64,000 bases of DNA from Octopus sinensis (Eukaryota), in contig NC_043014.1 in NCBI RefSeq assembly GCF_006345805.1, forward strand, positions 14,632,001-14,696,000, given 5' to 3'. The stretch's first letter is position 1. Each line of letters starts with the position of its first letter. The translations under genes were made by a program, and so were the position numbers. This document shows positions 51,951 through 64,000 of the stretch, piece after piece. The notes below the pieces were generated by a model that saw only the letters and a list, made by a program, of their open reading frames with translations, searched no databases and was not told the DNA's origin.

Positions 51951-53129
51951 GAATCAAATGCCTAGAATCTTAGAGAAATTCTGAGACTGATTCAAAGGCC
52001 AATGTATTGGGTATTGATTGACTTTCTGCTGGAGAGAGAGAGAGAGAGAAAGAGTGCATCAAATCAATGGCTTTGTCGATGTCTTCAGAAATTCTTTGAT
52101 GATATAACAGCCGAAACACAATGGCTAGATGTGTACTTTGTGGCCTTTGTTCGGTCTATTGATTACGGTTGTTGTTAATGGTGTCTGCAGCATTGGTTGG
52201 CTCTAATTCAGAAGACCATCTGTGACCCAAAAAGCATTCCAGCTGTAACCATCTGTCTTGTATTTTACCAGACATAGCTGCAGGAATGGCTGTGTGGTTA
52301 AGAAGTTTGCTTCCCAACCAGGAGATTTCAGGTTCAGTCCTACTGCATAGCACCTTGGGCAAATGTCTTCTACAATAGCTCTGGGCCGACCAATGCCTTG
52401 TAAGTGAAAGTGGTAAACAGAAACTGTGGAGAAGCTTGTGTGTGTGTTAGTGTTTGTCATTCTACATTGTTTGCAAACTGGTGTTGCTTTATGTCCTTGT
52501 AGCTTATCAGGTTCAGCAAAAGAGACTGATAGAATAAGTAACAGACTTAAAGAATAACTACAATGGTCAATTTGTTTGATTAAACCCTTCAAGGCAATGT
52601 CCCAGCATGGCCACAGTCCAATCACAGAAACATGTAAAAGATACATTTGAACAAACTGTTTTCAATTATTTCTTTTAACTGTGCTTACAAGTTGTTGCTA
52701 ATATCTTGTGAGTAAGAAGGTCTCTGCAAGGCAAACTTGCTCTTGAAATATTATAAATAAAATAAATGCACCCTTCGCAGTCCATCGCAGCGTTACTCAT
52801 TTTTGCCAGCTGAGTGGACTGGAGCAACATGAAATGAAGTATTTTGCCCAAGAACACAATGCACTGCCTGGTCCAGGAATCGAAACCACCATCTTACAAT
52901 CATGGTGCTGACATCATAACTACTAAGCCACGCGCCTCCACCTTGAAATATTATTTGGAAAAAAAAAAAACATTTTTGTTGGTGACCCAACTACTTTTCA
53001 AAAGCTACAGCATCATATTTATATCATTGTCATTTCAGCTGTTTCAAGCTGAAAGCTGTGGTTGTGATCTTCATTTTCATTTAATGTCCATGTTCCATGC
53101 TGTCATGGGCCAGAGAAATCTGGTTAGCA

Positions 53130-53480
53130 ATTAGGTATATCACTTCCCATTTTTTTGCCGTGAAAAAAGCTGACCTAATCATGAGGTGCAAGGAAAGGAA
53201 GGTGGTAAAGATGGTAGAGCTGACAATTGCCTGGGAAGTAAATATCAAAGATACTTTTTTTTCAAGAAAGAAAGAAAATGCAGTGAAAACAACAGCTTGG
53301 AGACAATATGTCTTCCTGTAGACTTAGCTGTTGAAGGATTTGCTAGAATCAGGGTTCACTTGATGCTTAGGAGTCTTTAACTAGTTGTGAAGAAGAAAAA
53401 AGAGGTCAACAGAAAGCTGTCAGAACCTGCTAAGAAAGCAAGTCATTAAATTTGGCTCAAGAGTGAGGGAAGAGTGGAGT
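53130..53480 (+). mobile_element. Highly degenerate RLE-type (HERO-like) non-LTR fragment
   Basis: ADLIM...VELTIAWEVNI, PVDLAVEGFA and AKKASH*IWLK resemble PD...ELTVPWEEN...VEVG.RGF...AS.WIW.K. Confidence 0.5.
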
Positions 53481-54331
53481 AGCAATTATGAGTATTGAGC
53501 ATGGTAGAAACATCTAGCCCAGAGTCACAACATCTAACTCAACAAAGCTTGTACAGCTGTGCAGGAGTTTGTTGCCTACATCAGTGACTGACTCTTTACA
53601 GTTCAGGTGTTGGAATGAAAGCGACCAAAATACCTACAACATTACTTCACCACTGGATGAGACTTTGACTCCAGCTTTCAGAGATGGGATACAGCAGCCC
53701 CAACTCAGTACACAAGTGTTTATCCTAAAAATGGAGACTCAGGTGCTGTGAGCATCATCTTCATCAGTATTGGAGGAGAGCCTGAAAATGCCCAGAGTAA
53801 TGACCCTTCACTTCCGACTATTTTATTTAAACAAACACTTCCGATGTAAAGAAGACAAAATGGAAATATTCCAAAGATAAATCTGAAAAACTAATGGAAA
53901 CCTAACACTATGAGTCTATAAAGACAGACCATAAGTTGATGGACATTAAAAGAACTAAATTCTATGAAGATTACAGACCACAAGTCTATAAACAGAGATC
54001 AAAACTTAGATAATAAATTAATTACAAAAGCTTATTGAAAGTATCTTACGCACAATTTACTTGCTACATTATAATCAATATGTTTCCTCTATACTTTCTA
54101 GTTTTACAAAACAAACTCTAACTTCATATAATGGGAGTTCTGAAGGTAATTAACAGCCAAAAATATAGCACAAATATATCCAATAAAAATAGCTGTAATA
54201 TTTTTGTTTCATAACAATCTATCATATTTGATGACATAAGATGCATTTTATTTCCCCCCAAAATGTCTCAAAAAATCACTCTGTATCCTATATTTGAAGG
54301 TGGGTCCCTATATTTGAAGGTAGGTCCATCA

Positions 54332-54730
54332 TACTCTTTACTCTCTTTTTACTCATTTACTCTTTTACTTGTTTCACTCATTTGACTCTGGCCATGCTGG
54401 AGCACCGCCTTTAGTCGAGCAAATCAACCCCAGAACTTATTCTTTGTAAGCCTAGTACTTATTCTATTGGTCTCTTTTGCCGAACCGCTAAGTGACAGGG
54501 ACATAAACACACCAGTATTGATTGTCAAGCGATGTTGGGGCGACAAACACAGACACACAAACACACGCACACATATATACATATACATATATACGATGGG
54601 CATCTTTCAGTCTCTGTCTACCAAATCCACTCACAAGGCTTTGGTCGACCCGAGGCTATAGGTGCCATGCAGTGGGACTGAACCTGGAACCATGTGGTTG
54701 GTAAGCAAGCTACTTACTACACAGCCACTC
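54332..54730 (-). mobile_element. tRNA-derived SINE family A
   Basis: Reverse-complement copy. Confidence 0.85.
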
Positions 54731-54734
54731 TTTA

Positions 54735-55290
54735 GTTTCTTTCCAAAACTTTTTCAATTTTGTGTTTAACTAACTATCTCTTACAATTTTATTTAAAACA
54801 ATTTATTTTTTAAATCCTCTTTAAAATCCTTAAAGTTTGAGATTTTTCACGTTTTTAAAAATAATATTTTTAAATGTGGACATTTCAAATATATCATTTG
54901 TTTCTTCTCATAATTTCAATTCATTAAAAATTTTTGAAACTGAAATTTTGAAATTTAAACAAAATTTGGTGCACACAGACATGCACACAAATATGCATGT
55001 GTGAACTGAGCAGACTCATTTCCTTTGGTTGCGTGCATGCATGAAGTTTTGGTTAAATTTTAAAATTTTGATTTCAGAAATTAAATTGAAATTATGGAAA
55101 AACAAAAAACAAGTGATGTATTTTAAATGTCCACATTTAAAAACATATTTTTAAAAAATCAAAAAATCTCAGACTTTAAAGATTTTGGAGGTGGATTTTA
55201 AGAGATTAAAATAAAATTTTTTGGGGGGAAACTGTATATGACAGAGTTACTAGAATACAGAATTGAAAAAAATTCCCAAAAGACCAAAAA
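54735..55290. repeat. Long imperfect palindrome (foldback), followed by diverged ~240-bp tandem units at 55340-55850
   Basis: For example TTAAATGTGGACATTT vs AAATGTCCACATTTAA, and AAAGTTTGAGATTTTT vs AAAAATCTCAGACTTT. Confidence 0.85.
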
Positions 55291-56149
55291 AGCAACAAAA
55301 TTATAGGATGTTAAAGCTGTGCTAATAACAGAACCTATCTATCTAACAATATAATGCTAAAAGTCTGTGATTGCTTGCATGTGTGCTTTCTTGCGTGTTT
55401 GTCTGTAATTTAATACAGCCAAACCAGCACATAATAGGAAAATACTCTGAATGTAAGGTAGCCCTGAAATGTGAGTACAAAGAAAATTTAAAAAGTTTCA
55501 TGTAAAGTGGACCATGGATTCCCAAGATATGCAGTGTTTTGGCGTTTGTTTCCACAGATTTAAGCAGTGAAATCTGGAGTTATTGCCCTTTACTGTAAAC
55601 ATCTGAATACTTTTGTTTGCGTGCTTGCTTGCATGCTTGTCTGTAATTTAATACAGCCAAAGTGGTGCATAATGGGAAAATACTCTGAAAGTAAGATACC
55701 CCTGAAATGTGAATACAAATGGAATAAAACAAGTTTCATGTAAATCAGACAACGGATTCTCAAGATACGTGATTTTTGGGGGGTAACTTCATAAATATCC
55801 AAAACAGCACATAATGGGAAAATACTCCAAAAGTAACATAACTCTGAAAGTGAAAATGACTTAAAAAATACAAATCTTTAAACAGACAATATTTTAATTA
55901 TTAAAAAGTATTTTTAAGTGAATATGATTTGAAAAATATGAGTTGTTTGTAGAGTAAATATTTATATTTAGTCTTCTTTACAGACAATATTTTAATTATT
56001 TTGAAATATCTTTGTGATGATTTAAAAAAAAAATTTTTTTGAGGTAAAAGGAATTTTTTCTAAGGTGGATATGATTTTCTATTCTTAGATCATGCCTTGA
56101 CAAGGAAGAAAGAAAACATCTGGTTGGTCTATAGATGGTGGGAAGAGAG

Positions 56150-57020
56150 CGTGGCTAAGGAGAGCTGAAGAGGGTGAGCAAGATAGTGGTGAACGCCAAC
56201 AAGATTGAGACAGGCATGTGGATAGAAGGACTGATAAGAGTGATAAAGGAAGGGAGAGATCAGAATCGGATGCTAGGAGAGCTGAGCATCTGGTGGAATG
56301 GAGGGAAAGACACAGAAGCAGGGGAGATCATGAATCAGATGCTTGGAAAGCTGAACATCTTTGCCAACAAACCAATAGGAAAAGAGTAAGGACAGTTTAA
56401 CGACATGACCTCTCTGCAGATGTTGGACAAATGAATAAGATCTGTGTCTGTTGTCATGCAATGCTTTTTCATGGTGAAACTGTTAGCTTTTGCTGTATGA
56501 ATAGAAAAGTCAGGCTGGGGAATCTGCATCCCTTACCCCAGGAACTTCACAATGTATTTAGTACTGGAAATTGCAGCTGAGTTACCAGTGCTGGTGGCAT
56601 GTAAGAGAACCATCAGTTCGTGGCCATTGCCAGCTCCGCCCCGACTGGCCTCGTGCCGGTGGCACGTAAAAAGCACCATCCGTTCGTGGCCGTTGCCAGC
56701 CTCGCCTGGCTCCCGTGCCGGTGGCACATAAAAAGCACCATCTGATCGTGGCCGTTTGCCAGACTCGTCTGGCACCTGTGCCGGTGGCACGTAAAAAGCA
56801 CCCACTACACTCATGGAGTGGTTGGCGTTAGGAAGGGCATCCAGCCAAGAAACATTGCCAGATCAAACTGGGCCTGGTGCAGCCTTCTGGCTTCCCAGAC
56901 CCCAGTTGAACCGTCCAACCCATGCTAGCATGGAAAGCGGACGCTAAACAATGATGATGATGATGATCAACCTAGGGCAAATGAGTCCAGGAAGAACTTC
57001 AGACAATACTCCATACAAAT
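56150..57020 (+). mobile_element. Helitron Rep/Hel N-terminal coding fragment interrupted by an RTE 3' end (56562-56968)
   Basis: Hand translation from 56401: VGQMNKICVCCHAMLFHGETVSFCCMNRKVRLGNLHPLPQEL; resumes as RANESRKNFRQY after the insertion; charged E/R repeats upstream. Confidence 0.75.
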
Positions 57021-57479
57021 GAATTGAAATATTTAACTGAATCATCATAAAATTAACTTTCATCTCAATGCAATGTTGAAATTAGCTTCAATGTTTTATA
57101 ACCTGAACTGTCAGTGATGGTTCAGGTTAATTAGGTTTTCAATTTTAAATTGTATTAGCTTTGGTATACACAACAAAAGTTTTAGCATATTCAATGCAGA
57201 AACACTTAAGGAAAATGTATAGATTTGCATTTCAGTAACATAAAATTAACTTAACAAAAATAAAGTGAAAAGGAAAAAATATATATATATATTTTTTTTA
57301 TGGTATTTATTTATCTAAGTAAATAATTGGTCAAAACATGGAGGAAAATATATAAAAAAGCAAACCGATGAAATTAGAGATATTTAAATCAGTTCCTACC
57401 TTACTAAGACAGAGTTATAATATTTTATGAGAAACAAACAATGCAACAGATTTCAGTCTATTAAAGCTGCTGTTTACTG

Positions 57480-59180
57480 TGAGAAGAAGTCTTGCGGGTT
57501 TCCATCTTGACTGTAAAAGCCATTGAAAATTTGACTGGTATGAAGTTAGTACAGTACAAATTAGTTCCATCAAGTGTTGACTGTTAAGGTTTGCAGGATG
57601 TTTCGATTTCACAAAGTTCATTATAGAGTACAGGGATTCACATCAGTATGTAAATCAGTATTAAGTTGTGTCACACACTAGTTTTCTTTAGTTCAGGATA
57701 TTTCATTTCTGGAACTGGTTTCCAGAACCCAATTGTAGACAAGGATTTATGAATCATCTTTAAACCCAGGTCCTCCAGTAATTCCATTATTTTCTCTTCT
57801 GCAGTAGATGATTCTATGGCTAGAAGTTTGAGAATTGGAAAGCTATCATTGACCACATCAACCACAAATGGGATTACCAGACAGATGCATCTGATAGAAT
57901 TATCAAGCAATCCTTGCCATTTATGTTTGTATTCTTCCTCTTCATTGCCATTTGCATTCAGTATCGAGGAATGTATTTATTCTTCTGAGATTGGATAAGT
58001 GACTGAGATTTCTTGACAATAGGCGTAGGAGTGGCTGTGTGGTAAGTATCTTGCTTACGAACCACGTGGTTCCAGGTTCAGTCCCACTGTATGGCACCTT
58101 GGGCAAGTGTCTTCTACTATAGCCTCGAGCCGAGCAAAGCCTTGTGAGTAGATTTGGTAGACGGAACCTGAAAGAAGCCCATCATATATATGTATATATA
58201 AATGTATGCGTGTGTATATGTTTATGTGTCTGTGCTTGACATCCCAACATCACTTGACAACCAATGCTGGTGTGTTTACGTCCCTATAACTTAGCGGTTC
58301 AGCAAAAGAGACTGATATAATAAGTACTAAGCTTACAAAGAATAAGTCCTGGAGGCGATTTGCTCGACTAAAGGCGGTGCTCCAGCATGGCCAGAGTCAA
58401 ATGACTGAAACAAGTGAAAGAGTAAAGAGTATATGTCTCTCTGAAAAACTTTTATTTGACTCAGTGGAACACCAGCATTTGTTGAGGCTCTATCACAATG
58501 CAACTTTTTTGTTAATGCCACAGGTTCTTTCTTTTACTTCAACTAAATCCAACATTTCTCCTTTCACAATTAACTCAGAAGAAGCATAACAAGCAAAGAA
58601 TGCTAATTGCGGGTTGTCTTGTGTGTCACTTGATTTTGACTGCGAGGAAATTTTAAAAATCATTTTGGATTTTGCTGGCAACGTCAGAACTGATCTGAAG
58701 GATTACGCCTCTCTGTAGTGTCGCATGAAACTGGTGTTTGAGTTATTAGCCACTCAGGTTTTGTGTTATTTGGATCTAACACTGCAACAATATTCTTTTC
58801 GAGAAATTCCCCATCAGAATATGGGTGTTTACCAAGAGCAATATTCCATGTTATAACAAAATTGGCTTCAGTCATTGCATTGGCTTCTCCGCTGAACATT
58901 GTCAAGTGTCTGCTGACCACTTAGTAATGTTTTTAACACTGTCAGCTTGTGTTTCCTTAATTCTGATTTAGGTGGATAATCAGATGAGAAGTTTCTGTAA
59001 TTCATTTTGTTATGGCATTTTAAGTTGATGGCTTTGTAATGACTAAGTGAAATTTGGCAAACGAGGCACAAAGCTTTACCTCCTTTATCAATGAATGCAA
59101 AGCCTTCATCCCACTCTAGCTTAAAATTTCTGTCTTCATCTTCACATCTTTGTTCCTTACAAGCTGATGATGTCATCTTC
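57480..59180 (-). mobile_element. Degenerate hAT transposase (Buster/SPIN, GTF2IRD2-like)
   Basis: RNFKLEWDEGFAF...ALCLVC...NLKCH (BED-like finger), KHPYSDGEF, FWKPVPEMKYPELK and MNFVKSKH (C-terminal domain) in collinear order. Confidence 0.85.
58022..58430 (+). mobile_element. tRNA-derived SINE family A inserted in a hAT remnant
   Basis: Homology to 24414-24810. Confidence 0.88.
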
Positions 59181-59366
59181 CTTCACAATTTTTTAACAGA
59201 TTCTTGTTAACAAAACTTGTATCAAAAATCGGTCAACAAGGTATGAATGGTTGTATGGCTTATATTAAATTACATTAATGTAGATGACAGAAATGCACAT
59301 GAGGCTTTTCAATATTTCTATTGTATATCACATTTATGATGTGATATACAATAGAAAAAATTAAAA

Positions 59367-59785
59367 GGCGGCGAGCTGGCAGAAACATTAGCACGCCGGG
59401 CGAAATGCTTATCGGTATTTCGTCTGCCGTTACGTTCTGAGTTCAAATTCCGCCGAGGTCGACTTTGCCTTTCATCCTTTCGGGGTCGATAAATTAAGTA
59501 CCAGTTACACACTGGGGTCGATGTAATCGACTTAATACCTATGTCTGTCCTTGTTTGTCCCCTCTATGTTTAGCCCCTTGTGGGTAATAAAGAAATAGGT
59601 ATTTCGTCTGCCGTTATATTCTAAGTTCAAATTTCGCCGAGGTCAACTTTGCCTTTCATCCTTTCGGGGTCAATAAATTAAGTATCAGTTATGCACTGGG
59701 GTCGATGTAATCGACTTAATCCCTTTGTCTGTCTTTTTTGACCCCTCTATGTTTAGCCCCTTGTGGGCAATAAAGAAATAAGAAA
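59367..59785 (+). mobile_element. tRNA-derived SINE family C with tandem duplication of its 3' ~184 bp; diverged copies near 1585-1790, 5690-5905, 12690-12830, 19290-19710
   Basis: A-box-like AGCTGGCAGAAAC, B box GAGTTCAAATTCC, body GTCGACTTTGCCTTTCATCCTTTCGGGGTCGATAAA. Confidence 0.8.
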
Positions 59786-60846
59786 TGTGCTTGAAGCTAG
59801 ACTAATAAATCTATCTCATCCTCTGTTGCACATCAGTCTCACCCATGATACTAGTCTTCTGGTATTCTTCTGTAACCCTTGCTTACCTTAAATTTCTTTA
59901 ACCCCTCTGCCTCCTACCATTCTTACCCTCAGCACTAAAGAACAACACCTCACTCAGTTCTAGCATTATCTTTTAGAACTGCTTCTGTTATTCTGTTAGT
60001 CAATATTCTATTAATGGTGGGAGATCCATTATCAAGTAAAATAATATAAATTATTGAGTTAATAGTTATATTAATATTGTTCTAAGCAGATAATGCAACA
60101 ATGGCCATAGCGAAAAGCAAAATGTGGCAAAAAGTGAAAGATAAAAAAACCAGAGACAGCAAATAAATTTTCCTATTTGTTGTCACTTTTGAGTGTGTGT
60201 CTGTGTGTGTGTGTGTGTGTGACACACTGTAGCGTATTTCGAAAGAGAGTGATGGAAATAATATTCTACAAGCTAACTACATATCCATCTTTATCATTTA
60301 ATGTCTGCTTTACATGCTGACATGGGTTGGATGGTTTGACAAGGGCTGGCTAGGTAGAAGAGACTGCCCCAGACTTCACTGCTTGTTTTGGCAGGATTTT
60401 TATGGCTGGATGCCCTTTCAAAAGCCGGATGGAGTGCTTTTTATGTGGCACCAGCTCTGGCATGACACTAGCACCAATGTGGAACCAGCACTGACATGAC
60501 ACCAGCACATAGATATATGTGTATATCCATAAACACATATATCTATTACATGGTTAGAATTTGAATGTACAAGAAAAACTAAAAGTAAATTAAAATCAAA
60601 TTTTTAAAAATGCATTACAATGTTATATATGAGTTTATTTGAAATAGTTGGGGAATGCTGTTGCCTTTCTTGCAAAAGTAAGAAAGGCTGTTCCTACAGC
60701 ACTAAAAGACTGGTATAAATTGATATCCAGTAAATAATTATAGAGCTTAAATTATTTTCTTAAATTATCTGTAATAAAAAAGAACTCAGCGAACAAATTT
60801 CCAAGAGCCACACATATTAACAGCCATGGTTCGGTCACCTTAGTTA

Positions 60847-61064
60847 TGTGGGGGGTGCTGAAAAGTTTTTGGTTTTAGGGTATCGTGAAAGGCCTAGTTG
60901 GAGGCCCAACTTTCTAAGTTCTTTTACAGGTCTTACAAAAACTGAAGGACTGCTGCAATAAGTGTGAGAATCTGAGAGTGGAATATGCTGAATAAAATTA
61001 TAATTAACTGATACTCCTGTATTTTCTTTTACCCAAGGCCAGGAACTTTTCAGCATCCCCCTCG
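60847..61064. mobile_element. Mariner-type MITE
   Basis: TIRs GGGGGTGCTGAAAAGTT / AACTTTTCAGCATCCCCCTCG; TA flanks. Confidence 0.75.
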
Positions 61065-61747
61065 TATATGAACATCTATCATAAATAAGGGAGGTAATTC
61101 TTTCAAGAAGCTTTTTGCTATGAATAATACATGAGGTTGTTATATAGTAAAAACATACTGCATCTCTTCCTCCTTCTCCATTGTTGTGGCAAGACACCTG
61201 CTTCTGACCCTCTGTCTCTTTGGAATACTCTAACTTTTCATCCTCAGACATAAGTTCCCCTCCTCAAATGCCCTTGCACCTCTCGTAATTCTTTGTCTTG
61301 CAAGTTACTTGGTTACCCTGCCAGCGCTGGTGTCACATTAAAAGCACCTAGTCTACACTGTAACGTGGTTGGCATTTGGAAGGGCATCCAGCTGTAAATA
61401 TCATGCCAAAACTAACCTCGCCTGTGCTAGTGTCACGTAAAAAGCACTGAGTCCACTCTGTAGAGTGGTTGGTGTTAGGAAGGGCATTCAGCCATAAAAT
61501 CCCTGCCAAAACAGATACAGTAGCCTTGGGTAGTACTTCTACCTGACTGGCTCCTGTCAACAATCCTACCCATGCATGCATGGAGGATGGATGTTAAACG
61601 ATGATGATGATGATGATGACAATGATGACGATGATGATGATTCAAACTGTTTTTTCATAACTTGTATTTTTTAGTCATAACAAAATAAAGATAGTGTAAT
61701 CTAATCAGTTCCAAACGAGGACAATTTGTCTTCTTTGTTATTCTTAC

Positions 61748-61906
61748 CTCATTGAAAATATCTTTCCAGCCCTTAATTAACTTCACTGTCTGTTTGTTGG
61801 TGTCCTCATAGTCAGTCAAGGAGAATGCAGCTCCAACACCCCACATTTCAATTTCTCGCATGGCATCTCGAATGATAATTTCTCCTTGGGCACGGCGGTT
61901 CAATTC
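61748..61906 (-). CDS. DYNC2H1: Dynein-2 heavy chain, internal exon 1 of 12 in window (ELNRRAQGE...WKDIFNE), linker region
   Basis: TAG acceptor, GTAAG donor; 159 nt, phase 0/0; peptide matches the recalled vertebrate DYNC2H1 segment LNSRAQGEVTIREALRELDLWGVGA. Confidence 0.95.
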
Positions 61907-62236
61907 CTATGAAAGATAGCAATAGGGTTGAAAATGCTCTACATGCATAACATAGGAGGTAAATATTTCCTTTCTATATCTATATATATGAAAATAAAAA
62001 CACAAAATTGTTTTCATCTGACAAATATTTTCACATATAACAGTTTTACTGTAAAAATATCAGTGTATGTTTTCACAAGGTGAGTTTTACACAGACACCA
62101 AAAGAAAAAGAAAAAACAAAGGAGAGAGAGAACCACATTGTACTAAAAAGTTGTATAGAAAATTTTTTGCATAAACAAAGTTTTTGTATATAACCGTAAC
62201 CAAAAGAATATTCACAGAAAGAAAATTACATACATT

Positions 62237-62287
<51 letters not shown>

Positions 62288-62539
62288 ATCCAAACATGGA
62301 AACACAAAGAGAAAACACAACAACGTGAGGACATGGAACAAACAAGTATAGTATTATTGGATGCTCAGGAAAGAAGGAGGGTTTAATGTTTCGAGCGGAG
62401 CATTTTGTCAGAAATATAGGAAAAGGAAAGATCCAAAGAAGGGAAGACTCAGGAAAAAGAAAAAACAAATCCCTAACGGTACACATGCGGTCACAGTAAA
62501 TAAATGGAGTTGAATGCAGGTGTTATTCAAATTCTTTTA

Positions 62540-62625
62540 CTTTCGACATATGTTTCGAAGACAACATTGGTTTTATTCCAAAGGAATAAACGGTGTAAAA
62601 TAATGTAATCTTCTCATCAGGAAAG
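62540..62625 (-). ncRNA. Type I hammerhead ribozyme motif, intact core, Penelope-associated minimal type
   Basis: Minus strand: CUUUC CUGAUGA GAAGA...UCUUC GAAA C AUAU GUC GAAAG; stems I and II pair perfectly; palindromic stem III. Confidence 0.8.
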
Positions 62626-63208
62626 AAAGAGAACCTATCTCAACAAGACATTATAACAATTTTGATGACTGCATAAATGATAAACAGAATGCTATATATA
62701 TATATATATATATATATATGTTTCTATTTCTTTCTTTCTTTCTTCCTCTCTTCTTTTGGTTTGTCTGTCTATATTTGTGTATATATTTCGCTTAGGCATT
62801 GTGAGACTAATAAACTGGTGTAGAACTCAATATATGTTTGTTTTAGAACAAAGTGTTGGCTGAGTACAGAGCAGTGATACGAAAGAAAGATGACAAAGGA
62901 ATGAATTATTATCTTATCAACTTCATTAGATTACAGCTGATTCTGCTATAAGATGGACTTGAGACTTTTGCATCGTTGGTGTTGTTTTTTATATAGGCAC
63001 AAATGTAATTCTTTCCCAAATAAATTGCACTTCATATTCAAGGCCCCAGTGAAGATATAAGGTGTTACTCCATCACTCAGATATGAGTGCATTGCATCTT
63101 ATTGCAGAAACAGCTGTAAGCTAATGGAATTCATAAGATAATAATTTATTTCCTCTTTTTCTTAAGTGTGTGTACACATGCATACACATATATATGCATG
63201 TGTGTGTG

Positions 63209-63287
<79 letters not shown>

Positions 63288-63314
63288 TGTGTGTATATAT
63301 ATATATAGTGTGTG

Positions 63315-63351
<37 letters not shown>

Positions 63352-63382
63352 TGTGTGTATGTATATATATACACACATGTGA

Positions 63383-63420
<38 letters not shown>

Positions 63421-63717
63421 CTACAAAATTAGAAAATGGAGAAACATACTTAAATCAATAAAACATCAACCATCAGATGATACCCAATCAATACTTTATT
63501 ACACCATTACATAACAGTAAAGGCATTATACAAAATATATTGTAAATATAAATAGACAAGGAAATATAAATATACAATATAAAATATAATATGTAATTAT
63601 ATCATATCTGACAGCTGTTTCGGCAGTAAGGGCAATCATGCCTCATTTAACCTATAAGCCATAAAGGCAGGTAGTTATCCCATGGTGGGTTGAATTTTCA
63701 ACCCCTATCTCATTTTA

Positions 63718-63780
<63 letters not shown>

Positions 63781-64000
63781 ATATATATATATACATGTAT
63801 ATATATATATATATAATTTAAATTTACAGGAAAATGAAAGACAAAGACAGGTGTATAAACAACAAGCTGGTGTGTCAGTTTGGTGCTCTGGAAGGTGAGA
63901 AAGTCTTATACATATATATATATAATAGCTAGAAACTTGGGTCCGTGTGTATCACATCTTTTGTCATTGCTTCAGTTTGACCTGAGCATTTGTGAGTAGA

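Noticed and set aside
51196-51957. 253-aa Pro/Leu/Ser/Phe ORF
   Set aside because: Artefact of the polypyrimidine strand.

Overview
AT-rich, repeat-saturated animal genomic DNA. The repeat families suggest a coleoid cephalopod such as Octopus, which is an inference. The whole window lies inside one minus-strand gene, cytoplasmic dynein-2 heavy chain (DYNC2H1). I resolved 12 consecutive internal GT-AG exons (61906 down to 4591; 2106 nt, 702 codons, all splice phases compatible) encoding the linker, AAA1 and the approach to AAA2; both gene ends lie outside the window. The introns hold microsatellites, tRNA-derived SINEs, RTE LINE 3' ends, Dong/R4- and HERO-like fragments, mariner/Tc1, hAT, TTAA-MITE and Helitron remnants, and Penelope-like pieces. 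The most unusual signal is a set of hammerhead-ribozyme motifs. One (62540-62625) has an intact core and lies in sense orientation in a dynein intron. Another lies inside a ~300-bp TSD-flanked insertion (7964-8259) that joins a tRNA-like Pol III head to a hammerhead and an inverted copy of its tail, a candidate Penelope-mobilised SINE/retrozyme. All calls are by eye; repeat boundaries are approximate unless a TSD or TIR is given.
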